Origin: an uncultured bacterium
Lineage (GTDB): Bacteria > Eisenbacteria > RBG-16-71-46
Reading direction: 5' to 3'
NCBI GenBank assembly: GCA_964589945.1
Contig: CAZPVG010000001.1
Location: forward strand, 22,515-86,514
DNA: 64,000 nucleotides
The notes beneath the pieces were generated by a model. The model saw only the letters and a list, made by a program, of their open reading frames with translations, ran no database searches and was not told the origin of the DNA. Below, in pieces: positions 28,264 through 37,024 of this stretch; position 1 is the first letter of the stretch, and each line of letters starts with the position of its first letter. Both the position numbers and the translations under genes were made by a program.

Positions 28264-28830
28264 GTGATCTCCCAGTCCATCCGCGGAGCCCTCTCGCTGG
28301 CCCTGGCCGCCGGCCTCTTCGTCGCCGGCTGCTCGGCCCTGCCCTCGTCCCGGAGCGCTTCCGGCGCCGAATCGCGGGCGACGGCCGCCCCCGGCCCGCC
28401 CTCCGGCCGGGCCGCGACCGCGACGGCCGCCGCCCAGGAGGCCGGGGCGTCGCGAACGGTCTACGTCCGGGCGATCTACGGCGGCACCGTGAGCGCCGGG
28501 AACTTCAGCGTCGTGATTCCGCCCGGCGCCCTGAAGGCCGACGGCATCGTCACCGTCCGCCAGGGTGATCTCTCACAGCCGGTCGTGGACGTGAGCATCA
28601 CCCCCGAGGACCGCAACGACTTCCTGAAGCCCGTGCAGCTCGTGGCGGACGCCGCGCCGATGGACCGCGCGCTCCTCGCGAACGCATCCCTGAGCTGGTG
28701 GGACCCGGACTCGTCGAAGTGGACGCCCTGCCCGGGTTCGCACGTGAACGTGGCAGACGCCACCGTGCAGGCACCGCTCAGGCACTTCTCAAGGTACCGC
28801 GTCGAGAGCGCCGGCCGCTCGGGCTGGTAG
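28264..28830 (+). CDS. lipoprotein (hypothetical)
   Basis: GTG at 28264 with AGGAGG 7 nt upstream. Signal peptide VISQSIRGALSLALAAGLFVAGC with the lipobox L-F-V-A-G-C. No recognisable catalytic motif. Confidence 0.5.
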   Translation: MISQSIRGALSLALAAGLFVAGCSALPSSRSASGAESRATAAPGPPSGRAATATAAAQEAGASRTVYVRAIYGGTVSAGNFSVVIPPGALKADGIVTVRQGDLSQPVVDVSITPEDRNDFLKPVQLVADAAPMDRALLANASLSWWDPDSSKWTPCPGSHVNVADATVQAPLRHFSRYRVESAGRSGW

Positions 28831-28962
28831 GCGCGACCCCGGGCGACCCGGGCGGCGGGCCGGCCCCCGGCCCGCCGCGAGGCTTTGGTGGGCGGCTCCG
28901 GCGATGGCAAGATGCGGCGGACGCCGCCGTCCGCCCCCGGCCCCCAACGCAGAGGCCCGCCC

Positions 28963-30150
28963 ATGAGCATCGCCACGCCCGTCTTCACGGGTCCCGAGAT
29001 CGACGAGCTGATCGCCGTCCGTCGGGACCTTCACCAGCATCCCGAACTCGGCTTCGAGGAGGTCCGCACGTCGGGGCTGATCGCGACGAAGCTGCGCGCA
29101 CTCGGCCTCGAGCCCCGGACCGGCGTCGGCCGCACCGGCGTCGTCGCGGTGCTGCAGGGCGGCCGGCCCGGCAAGACGGTGCTTCTGCGCGCCGACATGG
29201 ATGCGCTGCCGATCCAGGAGGCGAACGACACGCCGTACTGTTCGCTCTCGGACGGGCGGATGCACGCGTGTGGGCACGACTGCCACGTCAGCATCCTGCT
29301 TGCGGTGGCGAAGCGCCTCGTCGCCGAGGGGAAGGACCTGCCGGGCCGGGTCGTGTTCGTCTTCCAGCCGGCCGAGGAGCTCGGGGGCCCGAAGGGCGGC
29401 GCCGAGGCGATGATCCAGGACGGGCTGCTCGACGACCCGAAGCCCGACGCCGCGTTCGGGCTGCACGTGTGGCAGGACCTGCCCGTCGGCACGGTCGGCG
29501 TGACGGCGGGGCCGTGGATGGCCGCCGTGGACGAGTTCACCGTCAAGGTGCGGGGGCGCGGCGCGCACGGCGCGATGCCGCAGGCGAGCCGCGACCCGGT
29601 CGTGTGCCTCGCGCACATGGTGACCGCGCTCCAGACGATCGTCTCGCGCAATGCCGACCCGTTCCACCAGGCCGTCGTGAGCGTGACCCGGCTGGGCGCC
29701 GGCACCGCGTTCAACATCATCCCCGAGACCGCGTGGATGAACGGAACGATCCGCGTCTTCGACCTCGACCTGCACGCCGCCATCCCCGGCATGTTCGAGC
29801 GGGTCGTGAAGGGCGTCGCGCAGGCCCTCGGGTGCGAGGCCGAGATCCTCTTCGAACGCGGCAACCTGCCCACGGTCAACGACGCCGCGATGTGTGCCTA
29901 CCCGCGGGCCGCCGCCGTCGAGGTCGTCGGGGAGGCGAGGGTCCGCGACGACGTGCGCACGATGGGCGGCGAGGACTTCTCGGCCATCCTCGCCAGGGTC
30001 CCCGGCGTGTTCATCGCGATCGGCTCGCGCAACGAGCAGCGGGGGCTGGTCTGGGACCATCATCACCCGAGGTTCGACGTGGACGAGGAGTGCCTGCGCA
30101 TCGGCGCCGAGGTGCTGCTCGGCACGGCGAAGAGGTTTCTCGCGTCATGA
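28963..30150 (+). CDS. M20D-family amidohydrolase (N-acyl-amino-acid amidohydrolase / hippurate hydrolase type)
   Basis: IAVRRDLHQHPELGFEE...LLRADMDALPIQE...HACGHD...FVFQPAEE...GAHGAMP...MGGEDF are the M20D metal-binding motifs. Confidence 0.85.
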   Translation: MSIATPVFTGPEIDELIAVRRDLHQHPELGFEEVRTSGLIATKLRALGLEPRTGVGRTGVVAVLQGGRPGKTVLLRADMDALPIQEANDTPYCSLSDGRMHACGHDCHVSILLAVAKRLVAEGKDLPGRVVFVFQPAEELGGPKGGAEAMIQDGLLDDPKPDAAFGLHVWQDLPVGTVGVTAGPWMAAVDEFTVKVRGRGAHGAMPQASRDPVVCLAHMVTALQTIVSRNADPFHQAVVSVTRLGAGTAFNIIPETAWMNGTIRVFDLDLHAAIPGMFERVVKGVAQALGCEAEILFERGNLPTVNDAAMCAYPRAAAVEVVGEARVRDDVRTMGGEDFSAILARVPGVFIAIGSRNEQRGLVWDHHHPRFDVDEECLRIGAEVLLGTAKRFLAS

Positions 30151-31505
30151 GGCCCCTCGCGACGGTCCACGCCCTCGCCCTGCTCCCCGCGCTCGCGCTG
30201 GTTCTCGCGGCCGCGCTTCCCGCGCGGGCCCAGGACGACTTCCCGCAGGACTGGCGCGAGGCGCAGACCCGGCTCCGCGACGCGGTCCGCGACACGGTCG
30301 GGCACGGCGACGACGCCGGGCGCCTCTCGACGCTCGGCCAGGCGCTCGTCCGGCTCGGCCGCTGGAACGACGCCACGAAGGTGCTCGACCGCGTCCTCGC
30401 GCTCCAGCCGAACGACCGCCCGTCGCTGGCGGCGCTCGGCAAGATCGCGCTCTACCACGAGCGGACCGGCGAGGCCGAGAGCCTGCTCGTCGCGGCCGGC
30501 GACGCCGAAGGCGCCGTGCGCGACCTCTACGCCGCGCGACTTCGGACCGGCGACTGGAAGGGCGCCGCCGCGCTCGCCGAGGAGGCGAACGACGAGGGAC
30601 GCCTGCCGCTGCTCGAGCGGCTCCAGCAGCTCGACGCGTTCCAGGTGCTGAAGGGCCCCGCCACGGCGAAGCTCCGATTCGCCCGCGCGTACCCGGTCCC
30701 GCTCGTGAAGGCGAGCCTGAACGGCCACCAGGTGCTCGTCGCGCTCGACCCGGGCTGCCCGGGTGTCCTCGTGGACCCGACGAACGTGCGCGCCGCGCAC
30801 CTCGAGGAGCTGCCCGGGGAGCGCGCGGTGTTCTGGATCGGCTCGCACGTGGCCGCCGGCAACGCGATCGCGCAGCAGGTCGAGCTCGGCGGCATCCAGA
30901 TCGCCAACGTGCCGGTGGCGACCACCTCGCTCCACCGTTACAGCCTCGACGTGAACCCGCTTGGCCGGGACATCGGCATGGTCCTGGGGCTCGACCTGCT
31001 CGAGCGGCTGGGCGTGCGCATCGACTTCAAGAAGCAGTACCTCGAGCTTCGCCGCGAGCGGGCCGTGACGGACCGCTCCTCGGCCTCGATCGCGCCGCGC
31101 GTGCCGTTCGAGCGCTGGACCGAGAACCAGCTGGTCGTGTGGGGCAGCATCGGCGGCGGACGGCGGTTGTCGATGATCGTCGGCACGGGGCTCCCCGGGG
31201 CCGGCTTCGGCGGGCCGTACGACACGTTCGAGGAGCTGGGGCTGAAGCCCGGCAAGATGGCGAACCTCATGCGCGGCGTGGGCACCGCGCTGCAGGGCCG
31301 TCCCTGGGCCGCGGCCACGGTGCCGACCCTGTCGGTCGGAAGCGTCGTGGGGGACCGCGTGAACGGCTGGATGGGCGCGATGGACCCCGGCGAGGCCTGG
31401 CGGGAAGGCGTGCGGCTCGATGGGCTCCTCGGTCCCGACTGGTTCAGCCGCCGGCGCGTCACGTTCGACTGGGTCCGGCACGAGCTGATCTTCGAGTCGC
31501 GCTGA
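30147..31505 (+). CDS. secreted TPR-repeat protein with C-terminal retropepsin-like (clan AA aspartic-protease-like) domain
   Basis: ATG overlaps the M20 stop (ATGA). Signal peptide MRPLATVHALALLPALALVLAAALPARA. TPR-like LGQALVRLGRWNDATKVLDRVLALQPND. Retropepsin-like block VKASLNGHQVLVALDPGCPGVLVD...LGGIQIANVPV...GMVLGLDLLERLGVRIDFKK, with DPG in place of DTG/DSG. Confidence 0.6.
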   Translation: MRPLATVHALALLPALALVLAAALPARAQDDFPQDWREAQTRLRDAVRDTVGHGDDAGRLSTLGQALVRLGRWNDATKVLDRVLALQPNDRPSLAALGKIALYHERTGEAESLLVAAGDAEGAVRDLYAARLRTGDWKGAAALAEEANDEGRLPLLERLQQLDAFQVLKGPATAKLRFARAYPVPLVKASLNGHQVLVALDPGCPGVLVDPTNVRAAHLEELPGERAVFWIGSHVAAGNAIAQQVELGGIQIANVPVATTSLHRYSLDVNPLGRDIGMVLGLDLLERLGVRIDFKKQYLELRRERAVTDRSSASIAPRVPFERWTENQLVVWGSIGGGRRLSMIVGTGLPGAGFGGPYDTFEELGLKPGKMANLMRGVGTALQGRPWAAATVPTLSVGSVVGDRVNGWMGAMDPGEAWREGVRLDGLLGPDWFSRRRVTFDWVRHELIFESR

Positions 31506-31516
31506 CGCGGCCGGAC

Positions 31517-31554
31517 GAAGGGCCCGGCGGCCGGATCGCGGCCGCCGGGCCTTC
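31517..31554 (+). terminator. GC-rich hairpin between convergent genes
   Basis: GAAGGGCCCGGCGGCC-ggatcgc-GGCCGCCGGGCCTTC: an approximately 15-bp stem with one bulge, between the stops at 31505 (+) and 31569 (-). Confidence 0.4.
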
Positions 31555-31568
31555 GCGCGCGCCGGGAC

Positions 31569-32126
31569 TCAGTCCCCGTCGTGGTCGCGCTCCTCGTGCC
31601 CCCCGCCGCGCGCGGCGGGGCGGCCGGCCTCCGCGCCGCCCCCGCGCTCGGCCGTGCCCGGGTTCTTCACGAGCACGCCCCCCACCTTCACGTTCGCGCC
31701 GTAGTCGAAGACGAGGTCGCCGCCCCGGAACCCGGTGACGCCGACCAGCACGGCGGCCGCGAGCTGGAGCAGGAGCGCCACCATGCCGACCGCCGCGGCG
31801 GCGCCGCCCGAAAGGCGCGTCGTGGCCGCGTAGGCGACGACCGCCGCGCCCGCCGCCCAGAGCGTGTACTTCGCGAACTCGGCGTGTTCGTCGATCGCCT
31901 CCTCGGGAACACCCTGCTTTCGCTCCGGGACGTGGTGCGCGGCGTGTCCGGACTGGAACGCGAACCAGGCGCCGAGGAAGCCGAACACGAGCAGGAGCAT
32001 GGAGGTCTTCCGCACCCACTCGCGGTCGAAGAGCCGGCCGACGAGGGCGAAGAACGCGCTGAAGACCAGCAGCGCGACGGGGGTGTGGACGATCATCGGG
32101 TGGTACGGGCCGAGGAACTGGAACAT
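31569..32126 (-). CDS. DUF2231-family membrane protein
   Basis: GGAGG 8 nt before ATG at 32126. MFQFLGPYHPMIVHTPVALLVFSAFFALVG... N-terminal HP.iVH.P.al signature of DUF2231, with 4 TM helices. Confidence 0.65.
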   Translation of the reverse strand: MFQFLGPYHPMIVHTPVALLVFSAFFALVGRLFDREWVRKTSMLLLVFGFLGAWFAFQSGHAAHHVPERKQGVPEEAIDEHAEFAKYTLWAAGAAVVAYAATTRLSGGAAAAVGMVALLLQLAAAVLVGVTGFRGGDLVFDYGANVKVGGVLVKNPGTAERGGGAEAGRPAARGGGHEERDHDGD

Positions 32127-32265
32127 CGCTGCGCCTCCGGTGGGGGTGGCTCGAGCCGGCGACGCTAGTGCCGGCGCGCGGGGCCGGCAAGGTCGCCCCC
32201 GGGCCGCGGCGCGACGGCCCCGTCGGGGCGTGAACCCGGGGGCCGGTCTCGACTACCCTGCCCGC

Positions 32266-32949
32266 GTGACGCCCCCCCGCCCCCATCCGGTGCGCTCGGT
32301 GGTCTCGGCGCTCGTCGTGCTCGCGCTCGACGCCGCCCTGCTCGCGCTCGGCTTCGGCGACCCGCGAATGCTCCTGATCGACCCGCGCGCACTCGCGCTT
32401 CTCGTCGTGTGGGGCGTGGCCGGAGTCGCGCTGGCCCTGCTGCGGCCGGCGCGCGGCCAGGCCCCCGCGCGCGCCCGGCCGGATCCGTTCGTCATGGTGG
32501 CGCTCTTCCTGCTGCCGATGGCCGCCGCGCCGCTCGGGGCCTTCGGCGCGCGCCGGGCCCTGTTCACGCTGCCGTGGGCGAACACCGTGTCGTGGTGGGG
32601 AATCGTCGCGGTCGCCGCCGGGCTCGGCCTGCGCATCGCCGCGATGGTCCGCCTCGGGCGCCGCTTCGCGCCCGTGGTCGCGCTCCAGGACCGGCACGCG
32701 CTCGAGACCGGCGGGCCCTACGCGCTCGTCCGCCACCCCGGCTACCTCGGCGCGCTGCTCGCCTGCCTCGGTGCGTCCATCGCCTTCGGCAGCGGCTTCG
32801 CGCTGCCGGTGCCCGCGCTCATGCTCGTGGCGCAGCTCGTGCGCGTGCGGCGCGAGGAGCGGCTGCTCGCGGAGGCCTTCGGGGAGGAGTGGGCCCGGTA
32901 CGCGTCGCGCACGGGGGCGCTGCTGCCGCGCCTCCTCCCGCGCGGCTGA
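32266..32949 (+). CDS. isoprenylcysteine carboxyl methyltransferase (ICMT)/phospholipid methyltransferase-family membrane protein
   Basis: Five TM segments. C-terminal LETGGPYALVRHPGYLGALL...VRVRREERLLAEAFGEEWARYASRT matches the ICMT/PEMT signature (TtGpY..vRHP.Y.G...EE..L...FG..Y..Y). GTG at 32266; an in-frame ATG at 32368 is an alternative start. Confidence 0.7.
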   Translation: MTPPRPHPVRSVVSALVVLALDAALLALGFGDPRMLLIDPRALALLVVWGVAGVALALLRPARGQAPARARPDPFVMVALFLLPMAAAPLGAFGARRALFTLPWANTVSWWGIVAVAAGLGLRIAAMVRLGRRFAPVVALQDRHALETGGPYALVRHPGYLGALLACLGASIAFGSGFALPVPALMLVAQLVRVRREERLLAEAFGEEWARYASRTGALLPRLLPRG

Positions 32950-33018
32950 CGGCGCCCCCGCCGCCGGCGACGATCGCGGCTTGGCCGGGCCGCGGGGGCT
33001 GCACTAGACTGGCGCCCC

Positions 33019-33762
33019 ATGCGCATTCTCTACCACGTGATGTCGGCGCCACCGCCCCTCGGGCTGCTGTTCCTCGCCGCCTCCGAGCGCGGGCTCCGCT
33101 ACGTGGAGTTCATGGACAGGCGCAGCCTCAAGCGCACGATCGCCCTGCACGCCGCCGACGACCCGGACGCGGCGTGGGAGCCGTCCGTGCGCGAGCTGCG
33201 GCCGATCGCGGAGCAGCTCGATCGCTACTTCTGCGGCACGCAGAAGTCGTTCCACCTCCCGCTCGACCCGGTCGGCACCGAGCACCAGCACAAGGTCTGG
33301 GCCGCGCTCGGCGCGATTCCGTACGGCGAGACCCGCAGCTACGGCGAGGTCGCGAAGGCCATCGGGGAGCCGCGCAGCGCGCGAGCCGTCGGCCTCGCCG
33401 CCAACCAGAACCCGCTGGTCATCGTGGTGCCCTGCCACCGCGTGATCGGCGCGGACGGCCGGCTCGTCGGCTACAACGGCGGCATTCCGCGCAAGAAGGC
33501 GCTGCTGGCGCTCGAAGCGCGCTTCCGCGGCCTCCAGGACGTGGACGGCGACCGCGTGATCGAGCAGCTGCACGTGAAGGTCCGTCGTCCCGCCGATTCC
33601 CCGCGCCGCCGGCGCCCGGGCGGCCCCGCGAAGCCCGCGGCCCGGCGCCGCACCGCCCCGTCCGCCCGCGCGGCCGAGCGGGCGCCCGCGATGGTCGCCT
33701 CCGGAACGAAGGGTCGCCGGACCGCCACGGCCTCGTCGCGCAAGCCGACCCGCAGGACCTGA
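33019..33762 (+). CDS. ogt: methylated-DNA-protein-cysteine methyltransferase with about 65-aa basic C-terminal tail
   Basis: IPYGETRSYGEVA...NQNPLVIVVPCHRVIGADGRLVGY contains the PCHRV active site. Followed by an Arg/Pro/Ala-rich extension (RRPADSPRRRRPGGPAKPAARRR...). Confidence 0.85.
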   Translation: MRILYHVMSAPPPLGLLFLAASERGLRYVEFMDRRSLKRTIALHAADDPDAAWEPSVRELRPIAEQLDRYFCGTQKSFHLPLDPVGTEHQHKVWAALGAIPYGETRSYGEVAKAIGEPRSARAVGLAANQNPLVIVVPCHRVIGADGRLVGYNGGIPRKKALLALEARFRGLQDVDGDRVIEQLHVKVRRPADSPRRRRPGGPAKPAARRRTAPSARAAERAPAMVASGTKGRRTATASSRKPTRRT

Positions 33763-33798
33763 TCCGGCCCTCCGGCCGGCCGCGCCCCCGCCGCCCCG

Positions 33799-34851
33799 TC
33801 AGCGGAAGTGGTCCCAGCCGTGGCCCGGCAGCGGCGTCTCCCCGCCGTCGGCGTGCTGCAGGACGATCCGGCCCGCGTCCGCCGTGAAGCGGCCGATCGC
33901 GTGCAGCGGCGCCCCTGCCTCGCGGGCCGCGTTCGCGCAGGCGTCGAACCGCTCGGGGTCGATGGCGAGCAGCAGCTCGTAGTCGTCCCCCGGTGCGAAG
34001 CGGAACTCCGCGAGCAGCGCCTTCGGATCCGCGGCGGCACCGCGGTCCTTGCGCAGCGCCGCGAGGTCGCGCGCCGCCTTCGCGAGCAGCGAGTCGTCCG
34101 GCAGCTTCGCCTCGCGGAGCACCGCGCCCGTGCCGCTCGCCTCGCAGACGTGCGCGAGGTCGCCCGCGAGGCCGTCGGAGAGATCCACCGCCGCCCGCAC
34201 GCCGCCGGCGGCATCCATCGCGTGCGCCGCGCGCACGCGGCTCGGCGGGTTGGCGAAGGCCTCGGCGAGCCCGAGCGGCGCGTTGCCGAGCGCCGGCGGC
34301 TCGGTGGAGCCCGCGAGCGCGAGCGTCGCCGCGGCGCGCCCCGGGTGCCCGGTGACCGCGAGCACGTCGCCCGGGCGGGCCCCCTTGCGCGTCCAGTGCC
34401 CGCCGCGCGCCACGTCGCCGATGAGCGTGACGCTGAACCAGGCCGGCCCGTCGGTGGCGGCGAGGTTGCCGCCGACGACGGCCGCGCCGTCCATCTCGAA
34501 GACGGCCGCCATCGAGCGCTCGATCGCGCGCAGCCCGGCGGGATCGGCGGCGACCGGCGCGCCGATCGAGACGAGCGCCCAGCGCGGGATCGCCGCCATG
34601 GCCGCGAGGTCGCTCAGGTTCGCGACCGCGAGCCGGCGCCCCGTCGCCTCCGGGTCGAGCAGGTCCGGGCGCCAGTGCCGCCCCTCGACGAACGCGTCGG
34701 TCGTGACCACGAGGTCGCGGCCCACGCGCGGCCGCAGCACCGCCGCGTCGTCGCCCGGGCCCACGACCACGCCCTCGCCTCGCGGGAGCGCGGAGACGAT
34801 GTCGCGGATGCGCTCGAACTCGCCCTGCGGCGCGCGCACGTCATCCGGCAT
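33799..34851 (-). CDS. thiL: thiamine-monophosphate kinase
   Basis: GGGAGG before ATG at 34851. MPDDVRAPQGEFERIRDI...GPGDDAAVL...LVVTTDAFVEGRHW...ANLSDLAAMAA matches ThiL/AIR-synthase-related motifs. Start overlaps the upstream MFS stop by 11 nt. Confidence 0.85.
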   Translation of the reverse strand: MPDDVRAPQGEFERIRDIVSALPRGEGVVVGPGDDAAVLRPRVGRDLVVTTDAFVEGRHWRPDLLDPEATGRRLAVANLSDLAAMAAIPRWALVSIGAPVAADPAGLRAIERSMAAVFEMDGAAVVGGNLAATDGPAWFSVTLIGDVARGGHWTRKGARPGDVLAVTGHPGRAAATLALAGSTEPPALGNAPLGLAEAFANPPSRVRAAHAMDAAGGVRAAVDLSDGLAGDLAHVCEASGTGAVLREAKLPDDSLLAKAARDLAALRKDRGAAADPKALLAEFRFAPGDDYELLLAIDPERFDACANAAREAGAPLHAIGRFTADAGRIVLQHADGGETPLPGHGWDHFR

Positions 34852-36076
34852 GGCGTTCCTCCCACTCGCGGCCCGGCGGCAGCAGCACCGCGAGCAGCAC
34901 GGCGGCGACGAGGGCGAGCGAGGCGCCCACCACGAACGGCGCCGACGCGCCGACGTGGTCCCACAGCTCGCCGGCCACGACGCTCGCGGGCAGCAGCGCC
35001 AGGCCGACGACCGTCGCGTGCACGCCGAACGCCGTCGCGCGCAGGTCGCGCGGAACCAGGTCGGCGATGAGGCTCTTCGCCTGCCCCTCGACGAGCGCGC
35101 TGTGCACCGCGAGCAGCAGGAAGGCCGCGACGACACCCCACTTCGAGGCGTCGAACGCGAGCAGCGCGTACGTGCCGGCGAACACGGCGTACGCCGCGAG
35201 CAGCAGCGGCCGGCGACCGACGCGGTCGGAAAGCCCGCCGAAGGGCAGCGCGAGCGCGGCGTAGACGAGGTTGAAGGCGAGGTAGACGAGCGAAACGTGG
35301 CTGGCGCTCCAGCCCGCTTTCTCGGTGCGGAGCAGCACGAACGCGTTGCTGCTGTTGCCGAGCTGGAAGACCGCGTCCACGACGAGGAAGCGCCGGAACG
35401 CCGGGCCCAGGGCCCCGGCCTGCTGCCGGAGCGTGCGGGCCACGCGCGGCGCGGCCGGCGAGGCCTTCACGAAGAGCACGATCGCGAGCACGCCGAGCGC
35501 GGCGGGGATGCCCGAGGCGAGGAAGACCCGCCGGTAGCCCTCGGCGCCGAGCGACTGCCAGCGCGAGAGCAGCCACCAGGCGACGAGGGGCCCGATCGCG
35601 GCGCCGATCGTGTCCATCGCCCGGTGCAGGCCGAACGCGCGGCCGAGGTAGGCCGGGGCCGTGCAGTCGGCGATGAGCGCGTCGCGGGGCGGCGTCCGCA
35701 GCGCCTTGCCCAGCCGGTCCGAGAAGCGCATCGCAAGCACGAACGTCCACGACGTGGCGACGGCCATGGTGGCCTTCGCGACGCCCGAGAACGCATACCC
35801 GAGAGCGGCGAACGGCTTGCGGCTTCCGAGGCGGTCCGAGAGCCAGCCCGAGGTGAGCCGCAGCACCGACGCCGTGGACTCGGCGATGCCCTCGATGATC
35901 CCGAGGCTCGCGACGGAAGCGCCGAGCGTGACCGTGACGAACATCGGCAGGATGGGCACCAGCATCTCGCTCGAGATGTCGGTGAAGAGCGACGTGAACC
36001 CGAGCGCCACGACGTTCGGGTGGACGCCGTCCGGCGGGTCGTGCGGGCGGGTCGCGGGCTCCGGGGGTTCGGACAT
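34841..36076 (-). CDS. MFS transporter
   Basis: 12 predicted TM helices with a GWLSDRLGSRKP motif in loop 2-3 (MFS motif A). Start ATG at 36076 (MSEPPEP...). The N-terminal 273 aa of the track ORF are antisense artefact. Confidence 0.75.
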   Translation of the reverse strand: MSEPPEPATRPHDPPDGVHPNVVALGFTSLFTDISSEMLVPILPMFVTVTLGASVASLGIIEGIAESTASVLRLTSGWLSDRLGSRKPFAALGYAFSGVAKATMAVATSWTFVLAMRFSDRLGKALRTPPRDALIADCTAPAYLGRAFGLHRAMDTIGAAIGPLVAWWLLSRWQSLGAEGYRRVFLASGIPAALGVLAIVLFVKASPAAPRVARTLRQQAGALGPAFRRFLVVDAVFQLGNSSNAFVLLRTEKAGWSASHVSLVYLAFNLVYAALALPFGGLSDRVGRRPLLLAAYAVFAGTYALLAFDASKWGVVAAFLLLAVHSALVEGQAKSLIADLVPRDLRATAFGVHATVVGLALLPASVVAGELWDHVGASAPFVVGASLALVAAVLLAVLLPPGREWEERHAG

Positions 36077-36241
36077 GGCCGGCAGACTAGCAGCCGGCCG
36101 CGCGGCGCGCGCGGGCCGCACCGACGGCGGCCCCGCTCCACCCCGGGCCGGGGCGCGTGCTAGCTTGCGTGCGCTCCGGCCCGCGCTTCGCGCACGCGCG
36201 GCGCCCCGCTCCGACGAAAACGATGCGCGAAGGGGATCGCC

Positions 36242-37024
36242 ATGCCGGTGACGTACACGAGCTACCTCAAGGTGGACGAGCTTCTGAAGCTGCAGCAGCC
36301 GCTCTCGGACGGCCCGCAGCACGACGAGATGCTGTTCATCGTCATCCACCAGGTGTACGAGCTGTGGTTCAAGGAGCTGTTGCACGAGCTCGACTGGCTG
36401 GTCGAGCAGTTCGACCGCCGCGACGCGCCGCGGGCCCTGGGCACGCTCAGGCGCACGCTGACGATCCTCAAGGTGGCCGTCGCGCAGGTGGACGTGCTCG
36501 AGACGATGACGCCGCTCGAGTTCCTTTCGTTCCGCGAGCGGCTCGAGTCCGGGAGCGGCTTCCAGTCGTACCAGTTCCGCGAGTTCGAGTTCCTGCTCGG
36601 GCACAAGCACCCGTCCGCGCTGAACCGCTACGCGCCGGACAGCGACGCGCGCAGGCGGCTGCAGGAGCGCTTCGACCGGCCGACGGTCTGGGACGCGTTC
36701 CTGCGCTTCCTGGCCGGGCGCGGCTACCGCGTGCCCGCCGAGCTGCTCGGGCGCGACGTGCGGGAGCCGATCGCGCCATCGCCGGCCCTGCAGGCGGTGC
36801 TCGTGGACGTCTACCGGCGCGACGTGGCGACCGCGAGCGTCTGCGAGCGGCTGCTCGACCTGGACGAGGGCCTGCAGGAGTGGCGCTACCGCCACGTGAA
36901 GATGGTCCAGCGCACGATCGGCTCGAAGCCGGGCACCGGCGGCTCGGCCGGCGCCGCGTACCTCATGAGCACGCTGAACCGGCCGCTCTTTCCCGACCTC
37001 TGGGAGATCCGGGCGCAGCTGTGA
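36242..37024 (+). CDS. kynA: tryptophan 2,3-dioxygenase
   Basis: MPVTYTSYLKVDELLKLQQPLSDGPQHDEMLFIVIHQVYELWFK...FLSFRERL...GSGFQSYQFREFEF...WRYRHVKMVQRTIG..GTGGS matches bacterial TDO essentially end to end. Confidence 0.9.
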   Translation: MPVTYTSYLKVDELLKLQQPLSDGPQHDEMLFIVIHQVYELWFKELLHELDWLVEQFDRRDAPRALGTLRRTLTILKVAVAQVDVLETMTPLEFLSFRERLESGSGFQSYQFREFEFLLGHKHPSALNRYAPDSDARRRLQERFDRPTVWDAFLRFLAGRGYRVPAELLGRDVREPIAPSPALQAVLVDVYRRDVATASVCERLLDLDEGLQEWRYRHVKMVQRTIGSKPGTGGSAGAAYLMSTLNRPLFPDLWEIRAQL

